Shown piece by piece: positions 1-7,424 of a stretch of 64,000 nucleotides of DNA. The notes below the pieces were generated by a model. The model had not been told where the DNA came from. It did no database searches and saw only the letters and a program-made list of their open reading frames with translations. The first letter of the stretch is position 1. Every line of letters begins with the position of its first letter. The position numbers and the translations under genes are program-made. The DNA lies in NCBI GenBank assembly GCA_035500755.1, contig DATJXB010000227.1, positions 2,853 to 66,852 of the forward strand, written 5' to 3'. This stretch comes from Thermoanaerobaculia bacterium (GTDB lineage Bacteria; Acidobacteriota; Thermoanaerobaculia; UBA5066; Gp7-AA6).

Positions 1-1355
1 GGGACCGGAATCGTGGCGGTGCCGCCTTCCAGGTGCGCCGTTCCGCGAAAGAAGGTGTCGGCCTCGCGGCCTTCGAGGGCCACGTAGCGAATCTCCTTCG
101 TCGGATCGCTCGGGTGTGGCTCGACGAAATTCTTGTCGCCGGTCACGATGAGATCTCCCTCCGCGTACACGGCCAGACCGTTCGAGACTCCCCAAACGCC
201 CCAGCCTCCGAGCTGACCTCCGGCTCCTCCGGCCCCCTTGACTCCCGTTCCTCCGATGATGGCCCCGCTGTCCGCGCCTCCGAGACCAACCACTCCGATC
301 GAGTTCACGCCTTGCACGGCGCCTCCGAAGACGCCGATGTTCGTCTGAGAGGAGCCGAAGACGCCGAATCCGCCGGCCGTGTTGATGCCCGCGACCCCGG
401 AATTGTTGGCGTTCGGCGTGTCGCCGTGGACGCCGTCCGCGGCCTGGCTGTGGCCGTAGACGCCCCAGCCGAACGTGCTGTTGCCATGAACGCCGGTCGC
501 GCCGGTTCCGTACACACCGTCGCCCGATGCGCTCGACCCGAACGCGCCGGCGCCGTTGCTGTCGTTGAAGCCGGCCACGCCCGAAGCCGAACCGGTCGTG
601 GTGTGGCCGTGGATGCCGTCGAAACCGGCGCTATCGCCCCACACCCCGGCGCCCGAAACACTGTTGCCGTAGACGCCGCTGCCGCTCGACGTGTTGAAGC
701 CCGCGACGCCCGACGCCGACCCGACGGTCGTGTGGCCGTGGACGCCGTCCGCGCCCTGACTCTCGCCCCAGACGCCGGCGTTCGTGTTGCTGGTACCCCA
801 GACGCCGAAGAACGAGTGGCTGTCGCCCCAGACGCCGGCGGCGCCGGCGAACCCGGTGGCTCCCTGTGTCACTCCATAGACGCCGCTGCCGCCTCCCGTG
901 TTGGTCGCGCCGACGGTCGCGGATCCTCCGTCGGAGAGCGTGAGCGGCGCCGCGACGTTCGAGGCGAAGATCGCGGCAGGCGCGGGCTTGAGCGCCTGGC
1001 GCGGCGAGAGCGTCGTCGGGCTCCCGCCGCTCGGACACGCGACGGCGGTCTCGAGCCAGCGCGGCGCGCCCGTGAAGGCGCTCGCGCCGAAGTCGATCGC
1101 CACGGTGAAGAGACCGTTCGTCACCGTGGTGTTCGACAGCGTCTGGGTCGAGCCGATTTGCGTGCCGTTGGTCGCGGCGTCGTAGAGCTTGAAGCGGAAG
1201 TCGCAGGCGCCCGTCTGCGGCGCGCCGGCGTTCTGGAGTTGACCCTGGTACGTGAAGGCCGTGCCGATCTGGGCGCGGGCGATGCCGCCTGACGCCGCCA
1301 GAGACAGCAGGACGAGAGTCGTGGGCCGCGCGGAGAAACGACGATGTCGAAGCAT
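1..1355 (-). CDS. Secreted glycine-rich repeat protein (tail-fibre / beta-helix-like); 5' end complete, 3' end lies beyond window start (451 codons visible)
   Basis: Not in the ORF track because there is no stop inside the window. Manual minus-strand translation from ATG 1355-1353 gives MLRHRRFSARPTTLVLLSLAASGGIARAQ (signal peptide), then IGTAFTYQGQLQNAGAPQTGACDFRFKLYDAATNG. Many G-[VA]-[WYHF]-G units follow (GVYGVTQGATGFAGAAGVWGDS, GVHGHTTVGSASGVAGFNTS, GIHGHTTTGSASGVAGFNDS). I translated codon by codon only at 1201-1355, 549-599 and 3-119; the rest was read quickly. The frame is open down to nt 3 (...KEIRYVALEGREADTFFRGTAHLEGGTATIPV). Confidence 0.8.
   Translation of the reverse strand, partial: MLRHRRFSARPTTLVLLSLAASGGIARAQIGTAFTYQGQLQNAGAPQTGACDFRFKLYDAATNGTQIGSTQTLSNTTVTNGLFTVAIDFGASAFTGAPRWLETAVACPSGGSPTTLSPRQALKPAPAAIFASNVAAPLTLSDGGSATVGATNTGGGSGVYGVTQGATGFAGAAGVWGDSHSFFGVWGTSNTNAGVWGESQGADGVHGHTTVGSASGVAGFNTSSGSGVYGNSVSGAGVWGDSAGFDGIHGHTTTGSASGVAGFNDSNGAGAFGSSASGDGVYGTGATGVHGNSTFGWGVYGHSQAADGVHGDTPNANNSGVAGINTAGGFGVFGSSQTNIGVFGGAVQGVNSIGVVGLGGADSGAIIGGTGVKGAGGAGGQLGGWGVWGVSNGLAVYAEGDLIVTGDKNFVEPHPSDPTKEIRYVALEGREADTFFRGTAHLEGGTATIPV
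150..935 (-). repeat. Degenerate in-frame tandem coding repeats (Gly-rich units) inside the 1..1355 gene
   Basis: The clearest DNA copies are 564-620 vs 693-749 (both start gttgaagcc and end gtggccgtgga[tc]gccgtc, 129-nt period). A second pair is 761-780 vs 821-840 (tcgccccagacgccggcg, 60-nt period). Confidence 0.7.
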
Positions 1356-1384
1356 GGTTTTCCCCCTCTCTTCGAATGACGAAG

Positions 1385-2146
1385 TCAGTTCCACTGGAGG
1401 CCCAGAGCTTTCGCGAGGAACACGGCCATCTGGCGCCGGGTGACCAGGCCGTCGGGGCAGTAGTCGCCGCCGCCGCAGCCCGAGGTGATGCCCGACGACG
1501 AGAGCGCCTCGATGAACGGGAACGCGGGATCCGTTGCGGGCACGTCGGCAAAGGTCGGGGTCGCAGGCGCCGGGCTCACCTGGAGGACGTACCCGACGAC
1601 AATGCGGCTGATCGCGGTCGAGCCGTCGTTGGTCGTGTTGCCGGCGACCACCACGTAGCGGTTGCTGGCGTTGTCGATGACCACGTCGTCGTCGTACAGG
1701 CCCTCGTACACGGACGACATGCCGCCGGCAAAGGCGTTGCCCGAGCACGCGGTCACGGGGGCGTCGGCACATCCGGGCTGCCCCGACGCGACGATGCAGG
1801 CTTCACCGAGCCCGTCGCACGACGCGACGTCGACCTGATACTCGCCGGCCGGGGAGGAGTCGGTGCCGTAGACGATGACGGCCGTCAACCGCGCCCCCGA
1901 CGGCAGATGCAGCGGCGCCATGAATCCGAGCCCGGTGAGGCTGGTCAGGTAGCGGCCGCGTCCCGCGTAGATGTTGGAATACTGATTGCCGCTGCCGAGG
2001 GGCGAGAGCTGGGCGGCGTCGATCTCGATGCTGCCGCCCTGAGTTCCGTAGAGCGCGGGCGACGCCGCGACGGGGTCCTGGGCCGTCCCCCACGAGGCGT
2101 TCAGAAGGAAGCCGATCACGGCGAAGAGCCGGGCGTCGATCTTCAC
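1385..2146 (-). CDS. Secreted protein of unknown function with C-terminal SLH-like module (paralog B, 253 aa)
   Basis: The real start is GTG 2146 with AAGGAGG 6 nt upstream, not the track start at 3241. Signal peptide VKIDARLFAVIGFLLNASWGTAQ. The C-terminus FADVPATDPAFPFIEALSSSGITSGCGGGDYCPDGLVTRRQMAVFLAKALGLQWN resembles one S-layer-homology module. Paralogous to 2185..2991. Confidence 0.8.
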   Translation of the reverse strand: MKIDARLFAVIGFLLNASWGTAQDPVAASPALYGTQGGSIEIDAAQLSPLGSGNQYSNIYAGRGRYLTSLTGLGFMAPLHLPSGARLTAVIVYGTDSSPAGEYQVDVASCDGLGEACIVASGQPGCADAPVTACSGNAFAGGMSSVYEGLYDDDVVIDNASNRYVVVAGNTTNDGSTAISRIVVGYVLQVSPAPATPTFADVPATDPAFPFIEALSSSGITSGCGGGDYCPDGLVTRRQMAVFLAKALGLQWN

Positions 2147-2184
2147 GAAGACCTCCTTTGCACTCTCGGCCGGGTCGTGCCGGC

Positions 2185-2991
2185 TCAGTTCCACTGGAGT
2201 CCGAGCGCCTTGGCCAGGAAGACGGCCATCTGACGCCGCGTGATGAAGCTGTCGGGACAGTAGTTGCCACCGCCGCAGCCGGCGGTGATGCCGGAGGCCG
2301 AGATCGCCTCGACGAACTGGAACGCCGGATCCGTCGTCGGGACGTCGTTGAAGGTCGCGGTCGCCGGCGGCGGGCTGACCTGGAGGACGTAGGCGATCCG
2401 GATCCGGCTGATCGCGGTCGACCCGTCCGTCGTCGTGTTGCCGGCGAAGAGCACATAGCGCGACCCGGTCTGAACGGTGATGCCGTCGTCGCTCAGGTCT
2501 TCGGCATGGCTGGCGTACCCGGGGGCATAGCTGTTGCCGGAGCAGACGGTGACGTTCGCGTCGTCGCAGCCCGGATTGCCGAGAGCCATGGCGCAGGAGT
2601 AGCCGTTCGGGTCGCAAGCCATGAGCGAGGCCTGGACTTCGCCGCTCTCGCTCGCGTCGTAGTAGTCGATCTCGATGGAAAGGACGTAGGCGCCGGGCGG
2701 AAGGGAGACGGGAGCCATGAGGTTCTCGCCGAAGGAGTTCGTCACGTACCGAAGCTGAGAGTTGTTGATGGCGGCGTATTGAATGCCGCTGGCAACGGGA
2801 GAGAGCTCGGAGGCGTCGACCACGGCGTAACTGACCTGAGACGTCCCGTAGGTCTTGGGCTGGGCGATGGGGATGCGCGCCCGCCGGAGCGGATCCGCCT
2901 TTCCCGGCACGAACACGGTCTGGGCGCGGACGCTCGCGGCGAGCAGAGCGGCGCACGCGAGCGTCACGAGGGTTCGAAGGCTCTTCGGCAT
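2185..2991 (-). CDS. Secreted protein of unknown function with C-terminal SLH-like module (paralog A, 268 aa)
   Basis: ATG 2991 is preceded by AAGGAGG. Signal peptide MPKSLRTLVTLACAALLAASVRAQ. C-terminus FNDVPTTDPAFQFVEAISASGITAGCGGGNYCPDSFITRRQMAVFLAKALGLQWN. Shares the GNTT[TN]DGSTAISRI core with paralog B. Confidence 0.85.
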   Translation of the reverse strand: MPKSLRTLVTLACAALLAASVRAQTVFVPGKADPLRRARIPIAQPKTYGTSQVSYAVVDASELSPVASGIQYAAINNSQLRYVTNSFGENLMAPVSLPPGAYVLSIEIDYYDASESGEVQASLMACDPNGYSCAMALGNPGCDDANVTVCSGNSYAPGYASHAEDLSDDGITVQTGSRYVLFAGNTTTDGSTAISRIRIAYVLQVSPPPATATFNDVPTTDPAFQFVEAISASGITAGCGGGNYCPDSFITRRQMAVFLAKALGLQWN

Positions 2992-3030
2992 GGGTCCTCC
3001 TTTTCGTTCGTCCTTCTCGGAAGTTCCGCG

Positions 3031-3318
3031 TCACCGGCCGCTTCGAATCGGCGTCGTCACCGGCGCCCGGGACGGTGCCGGGCTCTCTCGACAGGAAGAC
3101 GTCCGCAGAATCCCCGCGGCGGCAGCGGCCGCCAGCCCCAGCGCCGCGGCAGCGGCAAGACGCGCCCGCCGGTTCGGCGAGAGAATCCGGCGTCCGCAGG
3201 CGCTGCAGTAGACCTCGTTGCCCACGAGCGGACAGCCGCACCGGCCGCAGGCTTCGGCGAGTCGCGAGTCGTCGTTCGGCATGGACGCAGTGTTCGCGTC
3301 GTCGAGCCCCGGCGTCAT
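3031..3318 (-). CDS. Small zinc-ribbon protein with one predicted TM helix (95 aa)
   Basis: ATG 3318 lies inside track ORF 3031..3606; the upstream part of that ORF is Arg/Pro-rich junk. Sequence: MTPGLDDANTASMPNDDSRLAEACGRCGCPLVGNEVYCSACGRR (CxxC-x11-CxxC), then LAAAAALGLAAAAAAGIL (hydrophobic helix). It sits 13 nt after the upstream stop. Confidence 0.55.
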   Translation of the reverse strand: MTPGLDDANTASMPNDDSRLAEACGRCGCPLVGNEVYCSACGRRILSPNRRARLAAAAALGLAAAAAAGILRTSSCRESPAPSRAPVTTPIRSGR

Positions 3319-3331
3319 GGGCGGCGTCCTC

Positions 3332-3949
3332 TCATTTCTCTGACTTTTTCGTTCCGCGGTCCCCGGTGAGGCGCGAGAACGCGGTCTTTGCGACGGCCGC
3401 CAGCATCGCGTCGAGACGCCGGACCCCCGGGTCAGGCGCCATCGTCGCGCCGACCGTGAGGTCCGTTGCGTCCTTCTGCGCCTCGAGGATCCGCCCGCGA
3501 GTGGAGAAACCCGTTCCGGTGTTGACCGACGCGACGTCGACCGAGAACGCCCAATCGCCGACGCCGGCGACCTCGTCGCCCACCGCCATCGCGTTGGCCA
3601 CGGCATGGCGCTCCGGGTGAAGACTGCGATTGACGTCCTTGCCGACGCGGGCGTAGATCGACTGGACGTCCGCCTCGCTCCTGGCCTCGTGCGAAACCTC
3701 GAGCTTCACGACGAGCTGCTCGGTCGGGCTCGCGTGATCCGCTCGCGTGCCGTACTCGCAGACGCTTCCGGAGCCGGAGGACTCCAGCTGTCTTCCGAAG
3801 ATCGCGCCGACCTCCTCGGCAGTGAGGAGCAAACAGGCGCGATCGGATGGGGCCGCGGCCCGGTCTGCCGCCCTGCCGCAGGCCGACGCCAGGGCGCCGA
3901 CGACGCACGCGATCAAGACCCCCGCGACCACGGAGAAAGGCGATCTCAT
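3332..3949 (-). CDS. Lipoprotein of unknown function (205 aa)
   Basis: ATG 3949 with GGAGG upstream. MRSPFSVVAGVLIACVVGALASAC is a signal peptide plus lipobox. The rest (LLLTAEEVGAIFGRQLESSGSGSVCEYG...) has normal composition, unlike the track's upstream extension to 4267. Confidence 0.75.
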   Translation of the reverse strand: MRSPFSVVAGVLIACVVGALASACGRAADRAAAPSDRACLLLTAEEVGAIFGRQLESSGSGSVCEYGTRADHASPTEQLVVKLEVSHEARSEADVQSIYARVGKDVNRSLHPERHAVANAMAVGDEVAGVGDWAFSVDVASVNTGTGFSTRGRILEAQKDATDLTVGATMAPDPGVRRLDAMLAAVAKTAFSRLTGDRGTKKSEK

Positions 3950-4048
3950 CGGCGGACCTCCTTCGCCACGGGCAGAGTGAGCCCGCGGTCGGACGGAGCG
4001 TCGCCGCGGAGGGGCGCGCCGGTCCTTTCCGGTGGCGTCCGATTTGTC

Positions 4049-4061
4049 TTCTGAATTTCTG
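4049..4061. promoter_or_regulatory. Direct repeat TTCTG-AAT-TTCTG inside an AT-rich island between the regulator operon and the secreted-protein operon
   Basis: The sequence ttctgaatttctg lies in the locally AT-rich stretch 4041-4066 (gatttgtcttctgaatttctgggtaa). This is the only sizeable non-coding gap (3950-4089) in the 12-kb minus-strand cluster. Confidence 0.25.
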
Positions 4062-4089
4062 GGTAACGCGAGAGAGCCGAAGGAAGGGC

Positions 4090-6969
4090 TCAGGCGGCCG
4101 GCTTGCCTCGAGCGGCGCTTTCGGCCTCCCGGGCCGTCTGGCCATAGCCGGACGTCCGGGCTTCGCGGGCGACCGCGGACAGCGCCGCCAGGGCGTCCGC
4201 GTGCCTCGGTCCTTCCAGATCGATCTCGGCCTCGACGAGGCGAGCCTCGAGACCGTGGCCGACCCACTTCAGGCGCTCGGCCCGGCGCCGGGCTTCGGCC
4301 GCCAGGGCGCGGGCGCCCTCGACGTTGCCCGCCGCGGCCTCCACCCTCGCCGCGGTCAGGAGGACCTCGAGCACGGCCTCATTCTGGTTGCTCTCCGCCG
4401 CGAGCACGCGCGCCTTCCGCACGTCCTCTCGAGCCGCGTCGCGGCGCCCCAGCTCGAGCTCGGCGCGCGCCCGGGTCGAAAGCGCAATCGCCAGGTTTGC
4501 GGCCTGATGCTGATTCTCGAACTCCTTCACCGATTGCGCCGCGAGCGCGATCGCCTCCGCGTTTCGGCCCTGCACCCGCCGTAGCTGCGCGATCTGGATC
4601 CTGATTTCGGCCTGCCCGATCGTGTCGCCGGACTGCGCCAGGAGCGCGAGGGCCTTCGCGTACCGGCGATCCGCTTCTTCCAGGTTCCCGCGATCGAACT
4701 CGATGTTGCCGAGATCCTCGTGACGGCCGCCGATCGCGTCGGGGTCATCGAGCTTTTCGGCGACGTCGAGCGATTCGCGGTAGGCTTTTTCGGCTTCGTC
4801 GAGGCGGCCCTGCGCCCGGAAGGCGTCGGCGATGGCGTCGAGGCTGTAGGCCTCGTAGGCGCGATGTCCGATGTCGTGGCTGATCGAGAGCGCCTCTCCG
4901 TGCAGACGGGAAGCGCCCGCGAAATCGCCCTCCTGGACGAGGAAGTTCCCGAGAACGTCGAGCGCCCACGCGGTTCCGGCGCGGTCGTTCGTCTCGCGCC
5001 GCAGCGCGATGACGCGCTCCGCGTGCGCCCGGGCTGAGTCGGTTTTTCCCTGGAGCCATTCGACCAGACACAGGTCGGCGTAGGCGGTGCCGACCCCGGC
5101 CTTGTTGCCGATCGACTCGTAGGAGGCAAGTGCCTGGGCGTAGAGCCCGGCGGCGCCGTCGAGATCGCCGGCGTCGAATCGATCGTTTCCGATGCCGATC
5201 CGCGTCAGCGCGAGGCCGTTCACGTCGCCGTCCGCCTCGTAGAGGCGAGCCGCCTCGCGGCGGGCGTCGCGGCTGCGGTCGGTCATGCCGAGGCTCCCGG
5301 AGGCGCCCGCCTCCTGAATACGGGCTCGCGCGAGCAGGCCCGTCCGGCCGTCGGCCGCCGCCTTCTCGCCGGCACGGTGGGCGGCGGCGAGGGCCCGAGC
5401 GGAGTCGGAGAGCGCCGCGGCCGCGGAGGCCTCCGCCAGATCGAGGCGCGGATCGTCGCGTTCCGGCGACGGCATGCGGCGTAGACGGGCGATCGTTTCG
5501 AGCGCCTCCTTCGCCCGGCCTGCCGCCGTCTGGTCGGCCGCGAGCTTCAGCCCGTAGTCGAGATCGTCCGGAAAAAGCAGGACCAGACTTCGGTCGATCT
5601 CGACCGCGTGGTCCCAGCTCTTCTCGGCTTCCGCGAGACGGCTCTCGACGACCAGCCGATCTTCGCGAGAGAGTCCGCCGGAGGCCTCCGAAGCCCTCCG
5701 GGCTTCGGCGCGGGCGTTGTCGTCGTAGCCGAGGGCGGACCAGGCTCGCGAGAGAGCGAGGCGGACGAGCGGATTCGTCGGATCTTTCTCGGCGGCGGAC
5801 TGGAGGTCGTCCTTCGCCGTCTTCGCGTCGAGGCGGCGCAGGCGGTCGAGCCCCTCGGCGTACAGGCGGGCCGCCTCCGGATTCCGCGGCAGCGCCGCCG
5901 CGATCGAATCGGATTGCGCGCTGCTCGCCGGCGGGAGCCCGAGACGCGTCCGCAGCGACGCGCCGAGGGAGGCGATGAGGTCGAGCACGTCCGCCGCGGA
6001 GCCGGTCTGGGAGGCGGTCGCGAGCACTTCGCCGGTCGCCGCGTCCTGCACGACGACGTCGAAGCGCAGGCGTCCGTCGGGCGGCGCGGCCACGGCGAGG
6101 TAGGAGCCGGTAACGACGAGGTCGGATCCGAGGTGCCGGCGCAGCTGCGCGAGCGTCTCCGCCGAGAGCGTGCCCGCGGGGAGTGCGACGCGCTCGCGCG
6201 CGACGTCGTCCGCGGCGACGATGCGGATCGACTCGCCCGCGCCGAGCTCGGCGCCGATCATCTCCGTCGCGGCCGTCGAGACCCAGGCGGTCCCGTCGCG
6301 GGGCGCGAGGTCGCGGAACCCCAGCACGGCGAGGGAGCGCCGGGCGCGCGCCGGCGAGGGCGGCCTGGCCCCGGGAACGGCGTGCCTCGACGCGACCCAG
6401 GCGGCCAACGCGACGGCTGCGGCGGTGGCAACGCCGAGCCAGCGGCGCGTGCCGGAACGCTCCGCGGACGTGAGGGCCTGGGGCGCGGGTGCGGCCGGCA
6501 ACGGCGCGCCCTCCTCCGATGGCGCCGGTCTCGGGTCCGGCGGCGGGGGAGGCGCCGCGTCGCACGCCGGGCTGGCGGCGTCCACGCGCTCGGCCGGACC
6601 GATCCACCGGTACCCGACTTTCGGGACGGTCTCGATGTACCCGCCCTCGCCGGGGGCCTCGCCGAGCGCTTTGCGCAGCGACCAGATGTTCTTGGTGAGG
6701 TTCGCCTCCTCGACGACGAGCCCGGGCCAGATCTCCTGAAGGAGGCGCTCTTTCGTCACGAGGCGCCCGGCGTTCTCGAGCAGGAGGACGAGCGTGTCGA
6801 AGACTTTCGGGGTCAGGGGAACGGGGCGCCCGTCGCGCAGCAGTCGCCTCTCGCCGACCTCGAATCGGAAGGCTCCGAATCGGTAGCACACGCCGGGATC
6901 GGCTGGCATGGGAAGAGCCAATGATATCGAGACTTCGTCCGGCCCCGAAGGGCCGGCGGCCCGCGTCAC
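4090..6969 (-). CDS. Membrane-bound ToxR/CadC-like transcriptional regulator: OmpR-type winged helix, TM, periplasmic domain and TPR-like repeats (959 aa; alternative start ATG 6909)
   Basis: YRFGAFRFEVGERRLLRDGRPVPLTPKVFDTLVLLLENAGRLVTKERLLQEIWP...VPKVGYRW is a Trans_reg_C-type wHTH. A Pro-rich linker follows, then a TM helix around residues 177-197 (WLGVATAAAVALAAWV). Next is RSLAVLGFRDLAP...LVVTGSY (TolB-N-like), then long helical A/L/R-rich repeats. GTG 6969 overlaps the upstream stop (GTGA). Confidence 0.85.
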   Translation of the reverse strand: MTRAAGPSGPDEVSISLALPMPADPGVCYRFGAFRFEVGERRLLRDGRPVPLTPKVFDTLVLLLENAGRLVTKERLLQEIWPGLVVEEANLTKNIWSLRKALGEAPGEGGYIETVPKVGYRWIGPAERVDAASPACDAAPPPPPDPRPAPSEEGAPLPAAPAPQALTSAERSGTRRWLGVATAAAVALAAWVASRHAVPGARPPSPARARRSLAVLGFRDLAPRDGTAWVSTAATEMIGAELGAGESIRIVAADDVARERVALPAGTLSAETLAQLRRHLGSDLVVTGSYLAVAAPPDGRLRFDVVVQDAATGEVLATASQTGSAADVLDLIASLGASLRTRLGLPPASSAQSDSIAAALPRNPEAARLYAEGLDRLRRLDAKTAKDDLQSAAEKDPTNPLVRLALSRAWSALGYDDNARAEARRASEASGGLSREDRLVVESRLAEAEKSWDHAVEIDRSLVLLFPDDLDYGLKLAADQTAAGRAKEALETIARLRRMPSPERDDPRLDLAEASAAAALSDSARALAAAHRAGEKAAADGRTGLLARARIQEAGASGSLGMTDRSRDARREAARLYEADGDVNGLALTRIGIGNDRFDAGDLDGAAGLYAQALASYESIGNKAGVGTAYADLCLVEWLQGKTDSARAHAERVIALRRETNDRAGTAWALDVLGNFLVQEGDFAGASRLHGEALSISHDIGHRAYEAYSLDAIADAFRAQGRLDEAEKAYRESLDVAEKLDDPDAIGGRHEDLGNIEFDRGNLEEADRRYAKALALLAQSGDTIGQAEIRIQIAQLRRVQGRNAEAIALAAQSVKEFENQHQAANLAIALSTRARAELELGRRDAAREDVRKARVLAAESNQNEAVLEVLLTAARVEAAAGNVEGARALAAEARRRAERLKWVGHGLEARLVEAEIDLEGPRHADALAALSAVAREARTSGYGQTAREAESAARGKPAA

Positions 6970-7424
6970 CCTCGACGCAGGCGGTCGAGGATCCTCGTCG
7001 CAGTCTCCGCCTCGCCCACGCCGTCGAGCCTCGGAACGGAGGCGCGCAGGGCCGCCAGTCGTTCGGGCTCGGCGGCGAAATCGTGGGCGAGGAGCACCAG
7101 CACGCCGGCCGGCAGGTGCGGTGCGAGCGCGGCGAGGACGTAATAGCCCTGGTTCCGGGCGAGGTGATCGAGAAGGCGCTCCCGATCGCCGTCGAAGCGC
7201 GCGGCGAGCGCCGCCGTCTCGCCGACGAGCCTCTCGGGCGGCGTCCGGTCGAAGACGAGGTCGAGAAAGACCGCGTCGACGGGGCGCGCCGCGAGGATCC
7301 CGAGCGCGGCCGCGGCGTCGCCGGCCGCGAGGAGCTCGAGCGACGCGTCGCCGCCTCCCAGCCGGACGAAGGCGTCGCGGTACTCGGTGCCGTCCTCCAC
7401 GACGAGAACCGCGCGGCGGCTCAC
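6966..7424 (-). CDS. Stand-alone receiver-like protein, atypical (152 aa)
   Basis: GTG 7424 overlaps the upstream stop (GTGA). VSRRAVLVVEDGTEY...PVDAVFLDLVFD has the acidic pocket (E10 D11) and a putative acceptor D55. An insertion follows before GYYVLAAL...VLVLLAH. I saw no conserved beta5 Lys. Confidence 0.7.
   Translation of the reverse strand: MSRRAVLVVEDGTEYRDAFVRLGGGDASLELLAAGDAAAALGILAARPVDAVFLDLVFDRTPPERLVGETAALAARFDGDRERLLDHLARNQGYYVLAALAPHLPAGVLVLLAHDFAAEPERLAALRASVPRLDGVGEAETATRILDRLRRG

Noticed and set aside
33-1551. Track ORFs 33..1292 (+, 419 aa), 631..1551 (-, 306 aa) and 305..661 (-) covering the left edge.
   Set aside because: Their translations are Arg/Ala/Gly/Pro-rich low-complexity strings typical of off-frame reading of GC-rich DNA. 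The third minus frame gives a signal peptide and a coherent Gly-rich repeat protein, and that frame is the one reported.
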